A stretch of DNA of 64,000 nucleotides from Klebsormidium nitens (GCA_000708835.1 DF237292.1:1-64000); one strand, 5' to 3'. Counted from the first letter of the stretch, positions 49,174 through 63,811 are shown. Numbers and translations are program-made. The notes: generated by a model from the letters alone, not told the origin.

Positions 49174-49904
49174 ATGGCTTTAAGTGCAGCCTGCGCAACC
49201 CAGAGGTTGACTCTTTCATCTCCCTTTATGGGCCAGAGGGGATCTTTGAACAGTAGGAGAGAGGTAAGAGGGGCCAGGGTTGTTGCTATGGCCTCTCGGA
49301 ACGCTGCAGTAAAAGGGGCAGAAGAGAAAGGGTTTTTTGATTGGTTAGCAAACACGGCACTTACAAAGGGGGAGGCTCTCACTGAGAAGAACCCTTTGTT
49401 TAATAAGGTTGAAAACGGAGAGGCACCAAGGTCTCCGTTGCCGAGAGGTAAAGCACCTGCAAAGGTAAGGCTCCTGCTTTGGTTGACTACTTTGTGCTAA
49501 GCTTGGCCAGACTGCAATCGGAGTGCTCAAAATCAATCCTTGGTCTTGGAGAGTCTGTTGAAGCAGTCAGACATTCAAGGCCTCAGCTTTTAATTTGAGG
49601 CAACAATGCATGAGCCTCATCATGATGATTCATAGATGGATTGCAACCATGTTTTCTCTGACCTTCAGCACTAGACCATCTCTGCAGTGAAGCAGACCGC
49701 TTTGACTCAATAGCTGAATGAGTATTATTGAAAACAACCCCTTGCGTCCCAGGCAATGTGTTGTTCTGCTGATGACAGCTCCTTGGTTGTGAGTCCTGGT
49801 CAAATTTTCTTGGTTCATATGCAGTTGGTAATAGAATCTATTCATCTTGCCTGCAGAAAGCTGAAAGCACAGGCTTCAACTTTGGTGGTTTTGGCAAGAA
49901 GTAG
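49174..49904 (+). CDS. TSP9: Thylakoid soluble phosphoprotein TSP9-like, join(49174..49464,49857..49904)
   Basis: Plastid transit peptide, then EEKGFFDWL...TKGEALTEKNPLF (compare TSP9 EKSFVDWL...TKEDQFYETDPIL), and a C-terminal FGGFGKK. Confidence 0.7.
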
Positions 49905-51567
49905 CTTCCAGCCTGGACCGTCTTTCTCAACTTGGTGGTTAGTCAACTTCGAAGTTTGTTAGAAAGGCCTTGGCTCACTGCGAAGCCAAGTTCGGATTCC
50001 AAGCATAGTACTGTTGTGGAGTTCTGCATGTCGTAAGGCCATCATTGGCTTTTGCCGAGCGGTATCCAGGGCCAGGAGTTTGGAGGTAATAGTGAAGCTC
50101 GGAAGGCAAGGATTCAATTGAGACGTGTTGCAAGGTGACGACCATTACCTGACTGATTGTACTGTGAAATGATATGAACTGCTGTCCGAGGTTACTGAAG
50201 GTTATTGAGTAGGTTCAGGTGCATGTTGGTGTCGTGCAACTGCTCTGCAGCATACTGTTGCTCACGGATCAGATTGTGCACCAGCATAGGGCGTCTTTAT
50301 CTTCATCATTCTCCAGTGATGGGCTTGAACAATGCCAGTTTCCAAGTGGGTTATTGCCAAATAGGGGCTCGTCGCCTTTTGAACATTGACACCTGACAGT
50401 GCACGTCTGATTACTTCATGCTTGCTCTGACTGTGATTCGGCAGAAAGCTTGAGTACATTATCTTTATGTGGTGCATGTTGACCCACGGGCCACAATAGC
50501 TAGTTCGACATAAAGTGTATGGTGACCCAAAATAACTAGGACGAGGACTGGTGCGTCTGCAGTGTTTTGAAGAATGAGCTGATTGGGACAATGTTAATAG
50601 GCGAAGGTTTTGGGCTTGAACATGCACCATGAGTTTAAGGACTTCGACATATTCGGATGATTGGATAGCTTCGACCATGGTCGACGGATGAGCGAACGTT
50701 GTATGTGGAGCTAGCTTTGGTACCTAGCTGTTACTATTAAGGTCGGATGGGAGTGGCAATGGGTAGTTCGTTGAACTGAAATTGAGACAAAAGTGATTCG
50801 AATCTTGAAGTCACTGTAAAGCTAGCATCTATTGCATTGCAATCTCAACTTGAGTCTTCAATCTTGACATGCTGGACCGGGGTTAGATAGTAGCTAGATG
50901 CATCTATCCAACTGTAAACATATTCTTGAATCTTAAGCATGGACGCGGAGGTACCGCGTATGTTGGGCAAAGTCCGCCATAATTGTTGTTCCTAGATATG
51001 CGCACTTTACAAGGAGAATTCTTTCTTGAGACTTTTATACATTCATCAATAAAACACGGTCATGAAATGTGGTTTCATTAATGCAGGACAGCGTGAATCA
51101 TCGCGATCTAGACATGGTATAGGCACCGACTCGTATATAAACTCACACATTCGGCTGAGTCACAGCTCTGAAGGCTCTGCATCAGGACATGCGGTGTATG
51201 ATCAGGCAATCACAGCTATGCATATACACTTTCAATGATTACAAATTGCATGCGTTGATGGACGGTCTCATTAAGTGTGCTCTGCAGGCCAGCAAGTTGG
51301 ACTCTGCTTAAGTTCACGCCTACGTGCTGAGTTCTCAGTCGCCCCTGATTAACGGCTGCTTTGCACTCTCACCTTCCCAACCGGCGCATTCATTTTTGTG
51401 TTCCCAATTGTGAATCCATGCCATCGGTTGGCTTGCGCGCTCGACAAGCTAACCATGTCTGTAGTTCCGAAGTTTCTTTGCTTATTATCGTGTTCGTTTT
51501 GACGGTCTCATTATGGCTTTCCGTGTATACCAAAACCAATCCCTTGAAGTACATGATCCGGTATGAG

Positions 51568-54349
51568 TTACTTTCCTGATGACCGGGCACTTTGTAAGAC
51601 ACGTAGTCCATCATCGATAGCCACAATGGCCTCCTCATACGTCTCAATGAACGGCTGCAACCCTGTCTGCAGCAGCGCTAGATTTCTGGATGTACCTCGT
51701 GTCTCATTGGAGGTCGTAGAGAGGTGCTCATCCGTCAGGACACGGGAAGCTGACCTGATCTTATGTAGTGCTGTGCATAACTGCAGAGAAGAGAGAAAGC
51801 AGGTTGTTGGAAGATACATTCGTGTCGCAAGCCGAATGACTATAGAACAACTGGACAGATCGAATCCACCACAACTCTGGTGGGCGGCAGTGGTCCATAG
51901 AAGCAAGTGTGGTTTAAGTAAATTACGAGAGAACCATGAGCAGACAACGTCAGACGACCTTGTCGAGAGGTGATGTGCTGCAATGCATGGATCACTGACC
52001 TGTTTGAATGTGGTGTACGCTCCCAGGATGTGGTGCGAGTCAGCCCCGAAGGTATATAGCTCCGGCTTCTTTACAGCTTTGGCCCAATGCTCGATTATCT
52101 GACGGCAAAAGAGGTCCAGTCAGCACGATGCCGTCACACGAATGCAGACAACAAGGACAAACCGCTGTGCTCGGTGAACTAACTGACCGGCTGTCTGCAA
52201 AGGCCTTGAGACGGCAGGATGTTTCCACTCAAACTGAGTCTGCTTGCATAGAATATTGAGTTTAGCACATCGAACAAGCGGCTCACTCTCTTGTAGATCG
52301 AGTCGAACGCCTCTGCAGATTCCAGGAACTTGTCTAACATCCCTTGAAGCTCTTTCGAGGCCTCCGCACGGTCTCCACCTGGTTCTTCAACGCTCTGCAG
52401 GCACAAGCCTTGGCACTAATCAAATCACGTACTTCAGTGAAGCAAATCTGGAGCACGCACAGTAAAACGGGCCAAAGGATGCCAGCTGTCAGTTCAACGG
52501 GGTACTTGCCAGCATAGAAACAGCTAAACTGACTGTGGCAAAGGGTGACACTTAAGATAGGACGTACCTCTTGTCTGACAAGCAGTTGCAACATCTCTTG
52601 CACCCTCGTCAGTTCTTCCTGATGCTCCCTGAGCTTCGACTCCAGAAGGGCTTCGTCAGGCCTACAAACCATACAAAAAGTGTGATCCTTCTCGTGCGGT
52701 TGAATGGCGGCAAAACTTTTGAAATTTCTTGTTTCGAGCCTAGACATGGCAGGGCGTCAATGCGAAATTGGAGCTACTTCTGGCTGGTTTCGAAGCACAA
52801 ACGAACGATGCGATTGGGCCCAAGACAGCTTTCGAAGATGGAAGGGGAAGTCGCGAAGACATCTTCAAGAATCCTTCAGGTGATTAGAATCCAAGCCGAC
52901 TGCTGAAAGTCACAAACGAGTAGAGGGGGCATACACTACCACTCACAATTGGGGGTCTGAGCAAGGCACATCTCGTGGAAACAACTGGCAATCTTCTGAG
53001 AACACCTGCTGCCTTTGCTCGCATATGCTCTCCAAGAGTTGCATATCTTGGTCGGTTTGCTCGTCCAGACTGCAAGTGGATCAAGTGGAGCAAGATGAGA
53101 AGGAGATCGAAAAACCGATCCCAAATACATTTCATAGAAGGAGCCATGAATTGGTGTACAGATCTAGAGCAAAAGTTGTCATGGCCTTTGTTGCAAAGGA
53201 TGTCCTGGCAGATTTCAACCTATGAAAGCACAGCATGCAAGGGTGCAATAATCTTCAGAATCTACTGATTCCACAAGGCCGCGAGACACTTACCTCCAAG
53301 TCTGCTTGACAGGATTGCGGACCGCATCGACACACTCAACAAGTTGCCGCAAAAACCCAACCCGATCAGAGATGGAGCCGGAGCCCTGCAGAATGAACCA
53401 TTGCCCTCAACGAAGCAGAAGACATGCTCTGATCAACCATAAGTTTGCAAGTCAATTGCAAACCGAATGAGCTCACGCAAGGAGGGCATTCATCAGCCCA
53501 ACGGCCCAGGGGCAGTGTAAGTATTTGGGCGCTCCATCTTAGGTGAGTTAGATCTCAGTGGATGGGGGGATCTAAGTAGAAGTGAGGCCCCGCAAACGAG
53601 CATGATTAGACCGTAGCAAACATCTTTAATTGACAGTGAACCCTCGGTAATTATATCTGAAAACTCACCTGCACGAGCTCCACATCTGCTGACTGACAAA
53701 ACTGTAGAAAGTGTGCAGCATCTGCAAGCCCTGCAGGAAGCATCAATGACAAGATGCACTTAATGATAGGACAATCTGGACAACCTTACACACCACACTC
53801 TCAGCAGCTGACCAATCACTCCAAACAGTTCAGACAGAGACAGAGGAGATAATTCTTCTGAAGTCCACCGATGATGCATTTCGATGCCAAGTACTTGCGA
53901 TGAGTGTTCTCTATGGGGGGGAATGCAATCTTGATGCTGACTCACGCTGAATTCGTGATTGCTCATCTTGGCTGTCCGCTTGACCAAAGGCAAACGGTGA
54001 CTTTTCCCCCAACAAACTGCATAGGAAGGATTATTCTTAGCCAGCACAGTCTGACCAGCAAAGCAAAGTGCATTTTGGTGGATCCAAGGGAAGCAAGAAC
54101 GGCAGAAAAGCCTTTTATCTTGTACCTCTGAGTCTAAGAGAATTCCCCATCAATCAACAACTTGAGAACATTTGTTTCAAAAAGGGCAAAGGTTAAGCAC
54201 CTTCCAAACAGCCACTCTAATGTGGCGTATCGAGTTTGCCCCGGATACAGAAGCATCTGTGGTGACACAATTGGCACCGGACACTGCAGCCTGCTCAATT
54301 CCGTAGCAAGCTGAGCCATGTTTGCTGACTGATCCCTTGCCGCTGGCAT
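51568..54349 (-). CDS. AUG7: Augmin subunit 7 (HAUS7/AUG7), multi-exon
   Basis: QMLLYPGQTRYATLEWLFG, LLESKLREHQEEL...LQLLV, LQGMLDKFLESAEAFDSIYKR and the C-terminal helix follow the plant AUG7 sequence order. Start is at 54349 or 54319. Confidence 0.75.
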
Positions 54350-54951
54350 CCCCACTTTGATTGTGCGAATACTACTGGCGATGCCAAACAGTTCTTTTCT
54401 GCAAAGACGTCTGATGCAGAACCAGCTCGATTGTCCACTAGAGAAGGGCAACTATCGCCCAGCACATCTGCTTCTCTGGACAGTGGTGGACAATTACAAC
54501 GACCAAGCGCGACGAGGGTCCCTTTGCTGTCGATGAGCTCCAGTAGCCTGTCTGCTCGATATTGTAACCACCACCATCATCAGCTGCTTTCAAGGCATCA
54601 GCGGCAATTCGGCGCAACCAGTTGATTATTGTATGAGTGGCAGGGACCTGCTTCAAATCAGCCTTTTGTTGCAATGACATGCTCCATTGAAATCAAGCTG
54701 GACAAGACAAGTGACTGAGGTCCAGGACAGTGACGTGGAATTCCGAATTGGAGTCTTCAAAGTCCAGCCAAGTCCCCTAGCTCGAAGTCTTGATTCTTGC
54801 CATTGGAAGTTGAACTTGAACTCGAAGCAGAAGTTGAATTTGAAGACGAGTGCACTTTCCGGAAGTGGTGCCAGAAGAGCGAGTTTCAGGCCGCATTGGC
54901 GGCATTTTCTGCATTAGACAGGCTTCTGGTATTGATCCGAGCCCCTATCAG

Positions 54952-57900
54952 ATGGCGGCACATGGTCTAGCATGGATTCCATATCAGCCGCTTCTCCTCG
55001 GCCTCCTCCTCATCCAGCAAACTGCTGCATCGTTGCCTGAGGATGCGGTCACTAACCTCCGTGAATATTTGCGTATCAAAACGGTGCACCCGCAGCCAGA
55101 TTACGAAGCCGCAAAAGAGTTCTTGGTTGCCTATGGGAAGAATCTCACCCTTGAAGTTGACGTTATGGAGTTTGTGAGTGGGGACCCTGTTATACTAATG
55201 ACGTGGAAGGGCAGCAATCCTGAAGCCAGCTCTATTCTGTTGAACTCTCACATGGACGTAGTTCCGGTTGAGCAAGTCAAGTGGCGCCATGATGCTTTCG
55301 AGGCAGTAAGGGAGCCATCCGGCGACATTGTAGGGCGGGGTTCGCAGGACATGAAGTGCGTTGGGATTCAGGTCAGCCATCCTGACGCTGCATGTTGAGC
55401 ACAGATAAGTGACTTTGAGTTGAAAGCATAGACCAGATTCGCAGGCAGATGCATCAGTGATCTATGACAGCTTTGAACGCTCAGAACACTTTCCTCCGGG
55501 CGATGAAGCGGTGGTGCGGCGTGTATTCCCCTTTTGGATGCATGCACAGCCTGGGGTTCTGCTGATCAGCATTTATTGATGCACGCAGGAATGCACGTGC
55601 ACCAATTGTGGGCTCTCTGATGCCACTTTTCCGCCTCTGGTTCTTGGTTTATCTTTGTCTAACAAAGCGTTGGAATCGGACTTTTTTGTACGCTCTTTTC
55701 TTGGTTCAGCAGGTGAACAGGGGTGGACTGGCCTGGTCCAGGGTTTGAAACTTTCAATTGATCATCTTTGCAGTACTTGGAGGCCATTCGGAAGCTGCAG
55801 GCTAAAGTGTTCAAGCCGGTCAGAAGCGTTCACGTACTGTTTGTTCCAGATGAGGAGATTGGCGGCCATGATGGGATGGAACGTTTCATTGCCTCTGAGA
55901 AGTGAGTGCTCATTCTAGTTCAGTTTCCTCGCTCAGATTGAACGGCAGGCAGTGCCGGCTTTTGGATATAAGAGAGTTCTTGTCTCACTGTTTTGGTTTC
56001 CCGCTGCCACACCATTGTGAAGTTGGGATATGAAATGAAGCTGATATGGTGATGTCTTTCAGCACTGCGTTCTCAGATCAATATGTTATGTGGCTGAATC
56101 GTTTGGTTATAAGGCACCCAGGCCTATGAGCTCTGTGTGGTCCTAAGCGCTCTGCCGAACGCTTTGTGCCTAAGCCATATTCCTACATCCTCAGGTTTTC
56201 AGACATCCAGGTGGGTGTGGCCCTGGACGAGGGGCTGGCGTCCCCCACCGCAGACTATCGAGTTTTTTATGGAGAAAGGACCCTCTGGTGGCTAAGCATC
56301 AAGGCTGTGGGTGCACCAGGTAAGGCAACACCGTTTCTTTGTACGCCGTCTCGTAAACAAGTTCTTCGCGAGGGAGCGGACAAGTTGAAGAGCCCTGAAG
56401 GGCGTCCCTTGCGTCTTGATTTGACTGTGGGCATATGCGGTTAGGAGACATCACCTTAATGATAGCGTCACTTGTTACAACAAAAAGGATGGTAGCTGGT
56501 AACATCTCATGTTTCCTGTTGATGGATACTTTCCTGCAACAAATTTTAAGTTCCTGCGGGTCCTGTGGGTATTCAAGGGTGTCGCTTTTACATTGGTTGT
56601 GACAATCTGGTCTGCCTGAATCAGGTAGTTTGAAACTCCTCTCTTCGTTCCTGGAGTTATTATGACTTACTCCGCTTACCTGCAGCAAGGAACATGTAGA
56701 ACCGTAGGCATCCAATCTCTGAAAACGCGACGGAGCGATTACACTTGATCTCTGGACTGATGTTCCCTTCGGTCTTCTTCTGCAGGCCATGGCTCGAAGT
56801 TGTTTGATGGCTCCGCGGCAGAGAACCTTCTGAAGAGCTTGGCGCTGATCAGCGCATACCGTGAAGAGGAGTTCAACGCTTACAAGAGCGGGGAGGCCGC
56901 AGAGGCTGAAGTGAGCTCCGCAAACACCCTTTGGCTGGTTTTGTTTGTCGGCCAGGCCATTGCTTCCAAGCCCGACGGATGTAACCCTGTTGGGAGTGTT
57001 TCCCCGAATTCACAGCTCTTTCGAAGTGGCGTCTCCAAGTCGCGTCCTCGTATTCAGACATTTCTTCTTGTTTCTTGCGATCTCGGTGTGTCGCTCTCGA
57101 TTTATCCTAAAAGCAAGCGTTCGGGACTCCTTTCTGCAAACCCATTTTGATCTCCGTTGCCCAACGTGCTAATCACAGGCCACTGTGAAGCTCCTCTCAA
57201 CGGCTTGGGTTCATCGTCCCTCCTGTTCGCGACTTCGTGCATCTCTGGGCCTTTGACGGTCTTTAGCGCCATTACTCATCTCCAGATCAACTCAAGCGAA
57301 CCGTTTTCCTGGTTGTCCCAGGTTACGTCCATCAACCTCTCCTTCCTGAAAGCCGGCACGCCCTCCCCTTCCGGGTTTGTCATGAACCTCCAGCCGTCTG
57401 AGGCGGAGGCCGGATTCGACATCCGGATACCCCCCAGCGCTGACGCCGAGGATCTCGAGCGGCGCATCCGGGAGGAGTGGGCGCCTGTGGAGAGGAATAT
57501 GACGTACGAGTTTCTGCAAAAGGTGGGTCCGTGGAGTCCTTGAGCATACGTATCTTTGCTTGAACAGGTAGAACGCTCCTGGGCGAGCGTGTTTGCTTCG
57601 CCTATTCGACCAGGGCTTCGGTCTGCCTCTTGAAAAGCTTCGTAGAGTTTGATACCTTTTGTCGAGTTGGTTCAGCTCCTGAAGTGCTTGATCGAGACGC
57701 TCAGGGGATTGCCCTGACTGTTTGGTTGTGAATGCCTCGGTTTTTCACGGTTCCGTGTCGAGGACGATTGGGGTGCACTCTGAAGTCGCTCGAACGAGGG
57801 CATTGCCAGCTCAATTTGTTTGCTTCAACCACATAAAGCTGACCAGTTGTGTTGTTCTGCACAGAATGTTTATCGGTCCGTGTCTGCGGAGCCGTTGGTC

Positions 57901-58209
57901 ACCCCCTTCGACGTTTCAAACCCATGGTGGGCTGTTTTCGCAACGGCTGTAGAGAAGACGGGTGTCAAGCTGAGCAAGCCAGAGATCTTTCCAGCGGCCA
58001 CCGATGGACGGTACCTCCGTTACAAGGACTTCCCCGTCATTGGATTTTCGCCAATGAGGGAAACCCCGGTCCTTCTGCACGACCATAACGAGTTTTTGAA
58101 TGAGGGCGTGTTCTTAGAAGGGGTTGATGCTTACGAGAGCATCATAGCTGCATTGTCAACGTTTGATGGGGCAGACGGACCTTCTTATGCCTTACGTGAA
58201 GAATTGTGA
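54952..58209 (+). CDS. ACY1: Aminoacylase-1 (peptidase M20A), signal peptide plus C-terminal REEL, 6 exons
   Basis: LREYLRIKTVHPQPDY; SILLNSHMDVVP; GRGSQDMKCVGIQ|YLEAIRKL; FVPDEEIGGHDG; LDEGLASP; GHGSK; FPAATDGRYLR; GFSPMRETPVLLHDHNEFL. Confidence 0.93.
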
Positions 58210-59198
58210 GTCTCGCCAAGTTTATGAATGGGCTTATAGAGGATGTGTACCATACAAGACCATTTGCACGCAAGAACAAGAGCTAGCGGCTGCCTCTAGA
58301 TTTTCGGACCGACTTTTTCTACCCCGAGTCCGCATGAGACGGTGTACTTGTGAGTCCATGCAATAGATTTATTTCGGAGGTCATGTTTAAAATCTCGAAT
58401 GCTCGATGCTCCATATGTTCAATCACACACCCTGAACGAGATTGCCATGAATGAAACGATCAAAGTTAGATAAACCATCATTACTGAACATGTTGCATTA
58501 CATGCTGTCAATTTTGCCAAGGCGCCAACTCTGTTTTGAAACGATCTGCATGAGCCCCTGTGTGCATACCGTTTGTGTAGGAGCCAACGTAAGAATCATT
58601 GACTTCTGGGGAGAGGAAGCTCTATGAATGCATGAATCATGATGGTTTCTTTTCAAATTGCATCATCAAAATCAACGGGTGGGCAGTGCCAGACACGAGC
58701 TTTTGAAGACGGAACCACCACGCAGAGAATTCCACATCGGTCTGCCATGTCCCATGTGCAGGGCCAGAGGGTCCTCATGTGCTATAGCTGTGAGCTGTAT
58801 ACCGCATTGGGGCAAGAAAATTGGTCAGAAGCACATATCTATAAGCTACTGATTCCGAAGCAAACCGGCCATACAACCTCAGACCTGAGACCTACCGTAT
58901 TGGAAATTTCTAACAAACATTCGTATCGATCGCGACGCTGGCTCCCGGGGCATATACTATAAGCTAACGGATCCTGACCACTTATACATATTCCATGCCA
59001 GACATGACAAGCGGGCCCGTCAGAAATGCGAACGGCGCTTTCAAGTTGACATTGAAGCTGCGATTAAACGCTTGAAAACACAGCCTCAGGTTTGGCGTCC
59101 TGTAGGTACTTGAGTTGTAGCAGCAGGTGTCTCTGAACCTTGACACTTTTCGTCCTGATTGATCTAGGTGCTACGTAGTGCTAGTTTGTAAAGGGTGG

Positions 59199-62100
59199 AT
59201 GGCGTCGTCGTCGTGCCTTCGGAGCGCCTGCTCTGTGGCAGACTTCTTACCTTCCTGCCAGTTTTCCAGGCAGCCGTCATGTCCAAATGGCCAGGGGGTC
59301 GCAACAGTTCCTAAGCCTTCGTTTATGGGACGAAAGCTGCCTGTCCAAAGGAGGGCAAATGCGCCTGACCGCATTTGCATGGCGGGCGGAATGACGAGCT
59401 CAGGGGGCATTCTTTTGCCGCCTTTTGACAACGCATACATGGACTTGGCAAAGAAGTATGGCAACGCAAAGTTTCCTGCACCGTATGCTCCTCAGATGGG
59501 GGCCGCTTCGCCCGCACAAGTGGAGCGAGGGGGCGGAGGATCTTCGGGGCAGCACAAGTCTCGGCGTCCACCCCCCGACCTTCCATCTCTTCTTCTCAAC
59601 AGCCGAATTGTGTATATTGGGATGCCGGTGAGAATTTGACCGCTTGCACTTTCTTTTCTCGTGAAGTGTGTTTTCAGGAATTGCTAAGAGAACGAGAGTG
59701 CTCCGTATGGTTGACAATTTGCTACCTTTTAAAAGTGATGTTTGGCGGAGGGTGGTCACGGCATGCTGGGGTATTTTAGCGCGTATGCACCTCTTCTGGC
59801 CATAGTATAGCATTCGGCCCAATCACAGCATTAGGCATGTGCACGAGGTTTTGTTTGCGGGAGAGGATAAAGTCATTACCATTTTGGTGCATACACAAAG
59901 TAGCGGCATCTCGAGGAAATCAACGGGAGACCCTTGTGCAGTCCTCCTGCCCCGCTAGCAAGATGGGCTACCTCAGGCCCAAAAGCGATCTCGGACTTTG
60001 AGAGATCGTAATCACTAAGTTGGTTGCATGCTTAGATAGACCTTGGGTGCGCCTGATTTGAATGAATGAGTTCTGTCAATGCTGCTGTCAATGCTTTGCA
60101 AAGCCCCTCGACGCCCGACCTTTGGGAAGGATGACAGCCTACGGCCCCGCTTCTCATTGTGTGCAGCTCGTGCCAGCTGTCACAGAACTGATCATTGCAG
60201 AGATTCTCTATCTGCAATGGATTGACGGCCAAAAGCCAATCCACATCTACATCAACTCCACAGGGACAGCCCGTGCGGATGGAGAAACAGTAAGTTAGCG
60301 CCAGTCTCGGATGTCCCATTTATCTGCCAGTCAGCGTAGCTGGCGTTTTATCAGAGTTATCCAAGTACTTCTTGGTTATGCTGTGTTTGGATAGTGTCAG
60401 ATTCTCAAGATCATCTGTTTTCTTCCTCATGCTGAAGGTGTACGGTGCACGGGCTTTGTGCAGCACTAACTTGAACACTCTGGCTGTCGCAGGTTGGAAT
60501 GGAAACGGAAGGTTTTGCAATCTACGATGCCATGCAGAATGTCAAGAACGAGGTATGATAACTTTGCGAAGGCCCTTCATGTCATATTACCATCATGCTT
60601 AGCTGCTTATGTCCCTTGGGAGGGCCTTGTCCCTTTTTCAGTGGTATGCAGGAACTCACTCTCTGCTGATGCTCCAAAGAATTTGGTGAATGGAACTGGG
60701 GATGGCTGTGGGCAAAGGTGTTAGTTAATCATGCTTATTGCGGGACAAGGTCGACAAGGAGTGGGCCTCACATCTACTGTTTGATTGCAAGTGTCGCCTG
60801 TCCAGAGCACTGACTGGAGTTTGCACCACCGCCCTTCTGTGCCAGACATGCTCGTCCAGGATACAGATTGGCAGATCTACCTCTTTGCAGGTGCACACGC
60901 TCTGCATTGGGTGCGCCATTGGGCAAGCGGCCTTGCTCCTCTCAGCCGGCAAAAAGAATCATCGGTTTATGCTGCCGCACTCCACAGGTGCGATCCGATC
61001 TTGTTGCGCTGGCTCACAACTGGAAGCTCCAGTGACGTTTGAAACTGCGTACGCGGGTATCCCGGGTGCCTTTTGCTGCTTTGCGTTTCCTCTGTTCAAG
61101 CAGTGTAGGTCTTTACATTCAGACGAGATTGAATCCCTCTGCTGTGTTGATTCATCTCAATGCTCATCTCGTGGTGCAGCCATGATTCAACAACCGCGGG
61201 CCCCGGGTGGTGGTCTGATGCCTGCCATTGACGTCTATATCCGAGCTCGGGAGGTGAGAGCTGCTTTTGTTAAAGGTTGCGGCTCAATGTACATGATCTG
61301 CCTGGTAGACATCGCCAGGTTGAGGGGGTTTCGCTTAACATGAATCAAAGACATCGTCCAGCAGTTTATTTTCGCTCATGATCCTTCTAGCTGTGGAGGA
61401 GTCTCCGTGCATCAAGGAAGCCGGTTCAACTATGGCTTCCGACCAACAGAAACCATGATGATACTCCTGAGCTTGTTTGGGCCGTATGGTGGATGTTGAG
61501 AGGCCGTGAAGACATGTTCTTGTGTCAGAAAGCTTTCTTTGCGATGATGCGCTCAGATCTTTTGGACACGAGTACTGAACTCGATGTCATATGGCGTTCG
61601 CTGTAGTCGCCAATAGCTCATGATTGCTAGCTGTGCGCTGATTGCACAAGTTATCAGTCGGTGCTTTTGTGTTCACAATTCTGGAACGATTGACAGCAGA
61701 ACCTCTTGCAACCGTTTTTCTATGGTTCTTCTTCGATTACGAGTCATTTCTGAGTAGGTCTGATGATTGTTTCTGGCTTCAGGCTTCGTGAAAGTTCACC
61801 GAGACATCCACTCCGCTGGTTTTGCAGACCGTCAAAAATAGGGACACTCTTGTCAGGTTGCTGTCGTACCACACCCGGCAGGTGAGAACATCGAATTTCC
61901 TTAGACCTGCACTAGTCAGGCTGCCTTTGCATCCTTTCACGCTGTACGATACTATATAATTCCTGCAGTCGTGGATTTGTCGTGGTGAGCTTGAGGCTTG
62001 GTGTCCTGTGGGATGCCTACTTTGATCTTGTCAATTGATGCCATTGTACGTTTGCAACCTGTCTAGAGTGTGAAAGTGTCACGAAACCGTCCTGATTTCC

Positions 62101-62641
62101 GGATCTCCGTCTGAAGGTTCCGCAGGTTAATCTGACTGTCACCGACGATTCCTTGCAGAATGCTTCGAAAGTTTCCAAGGACATGGAGCGGCCCTTGTAT
62201 ATGAGGCCTGAGGAGGCGATTGCGTACGGTTTGGCGGATCACGTGAGTGCTCCGTTCGCCGAACAGATGCTTCGCTTTGAGGACGTCCTTGCCGGTGCTG
62301 TCTTTGATCTCGGTAACTTGATGTAACTTGAATTGTGTTCGAATGCTATTTTGAAGCCCCATCACCACAAATGTTGTATTCTGACGTCTGTCCAGTGAGA
62401 TGTCAGTCTGATCTTGTCATTGCCTTCCTTTGTTTGCTTTGTAAGTCGCAGTTTGAGCAGTGCATGATTTCATTCTTTGTGTGGATCTAATGGTTCTTCC
62501 TTTTTGTGCTTGGATGACCAGATTCTTGACCGGGACGTCCCAATTGCTGGCGACACGAAAAACCTCGAGGACTGGGATAAGGGCGCAGGGATCCGGGTCG
62601 TCCAGCGTCCTGCTACTGCAGGGCAACCGGGGCTTGGTTAA
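59199..62641 (+). CDS. CLPR3: Plastid Clp protease non-catalytic subunit ClpR3, multi-exon
   Basis: Transit peptide; PPPDLPSLLLNSRIVYIGMP|LVPAVTELIIAEILYLQW...YINSTGT...GET|VGMETEGFAIYDAM|...AIGQAALLLSAG|AMIQQPR...MPAIDVYIRARE; C-terminal DWDKGAGI. Confidence 0.9.
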
Positions 62642-63460
62642 GATGTTCAAAGACCCCTCGGACGATTGGCCGCACTGGGTGTCATCAGCTGGTACTAGTA
62701 GAGTCACACTGTATATTGGATGGACCATAAAGAGCCGGTAAACATAGTAGCTGGTCAGACTCGGAGACTGGCTGCTCCTTGTATCTTCATCGAAGGAGCG
62801 AACTGACGAGAATCCTCTTCGCGATCGTCTGAGGTTTATACTGGACGCCTGTTCGTGTCAGTGTGACACACCCTGATGCAGAAGGCATCTAGGCCTTTAG
62901 TATATGTGCTCGCATAGTATATTCCCATGCAGTCTGCAGGAAGCCCGGGGACCAAAGTCACAAATAAGGTGATTGGCACACTCATGCACCCCGCTTGATC
63001 TCCATGCAATGAACGTGGTAAAGAAATAGCAAAAGGATGCAGCATACTAGCCCATGCAATCCTGACCCTGCATGCAGCCGCCTACTAAGTCATACATCAG
63101 TGTCACATAAAAGAACTGCACGCGCCAGGCTGCCTGCGTGCCGTCCATGCCTGACAATCGTCACGCACAATTCTCTCAGAGCCAGCTCTCTCCAGCTATA
63201 TCCTCCAACACCAATTAAGTCGACTCCTCGAGCTCATGCGTGCATGCAACTGATCTCCTTGCGACAGTCACCGGAAGCTGACTTGCCGTTGATATCAATG
63301 TAGCAGTTATGTTGGTTCCAAACTTAGCAGCCTGTGACTAAACTTCGTGCACAACGGTCAAGGTCACTCTTTGATACAGGTAGGCGGATCCAGCAATGAC
63401 GTGGCTTGACGAAGACTCGATTCTTTATAGTTACAATGTCTTCCCAATGAACGAATCAGA

Positions 63461-63811
63461 TCAGTGTGGCATCATGCCTTGAGCACCATTGAAAAGCTCA
63501 GGCATGTGGTTGTTGGTGTACTTTGTCCGCTTTGACTCCCGCTTCTTCTTTTCCCTAGGCCGCTCAGCAAGGAACTTTCGTAGGTTGACCATTGCTGCTT
63601 TCCGTGCAGCCGTGTTCATGGCCGGTTTTAGGCCTGCCTTCTCAAGCTCCCTTTCAATATCTAAAGGGTCCCGTGGCAGCTCTATGCCCCGAACCAGGTC
63701 CTTGATATCCTTGTCCACCTTGATGACGGCCTTCGGGTCGTTTGGGTACGCAATCTCGTCCTGTATATCAAGGTTGGGAAGCACCCAGAGCTGGCCCGCC
63801 TCCCGAAGGCC
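63461..63811 (-). CDS. TFIIE2: General transcription factor IIE beta subunit, last exon (gene continues upstream, probably beyond the right edge)
   Basis: GQLWVLPNLDIQDEIAYPNDPK...VDKDIKDLVRGIELPRDPLDIERELEKAGLKPA...KRTKYTNNHMPELF matches the plant TFIIE-beta C-terminus. Confidence 0.85.
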   Translation of the reverse strand, partial: GLREAGQLWVLPNLDIQDEIAYPNDPKAVIKVDKDIKDLVRGIELPRDPLDIERELEKAGLKPAMNTAARKAAMVNLRKFLAERPREKKKRESKRTKYTNNHMPELFNGAQGMMPH

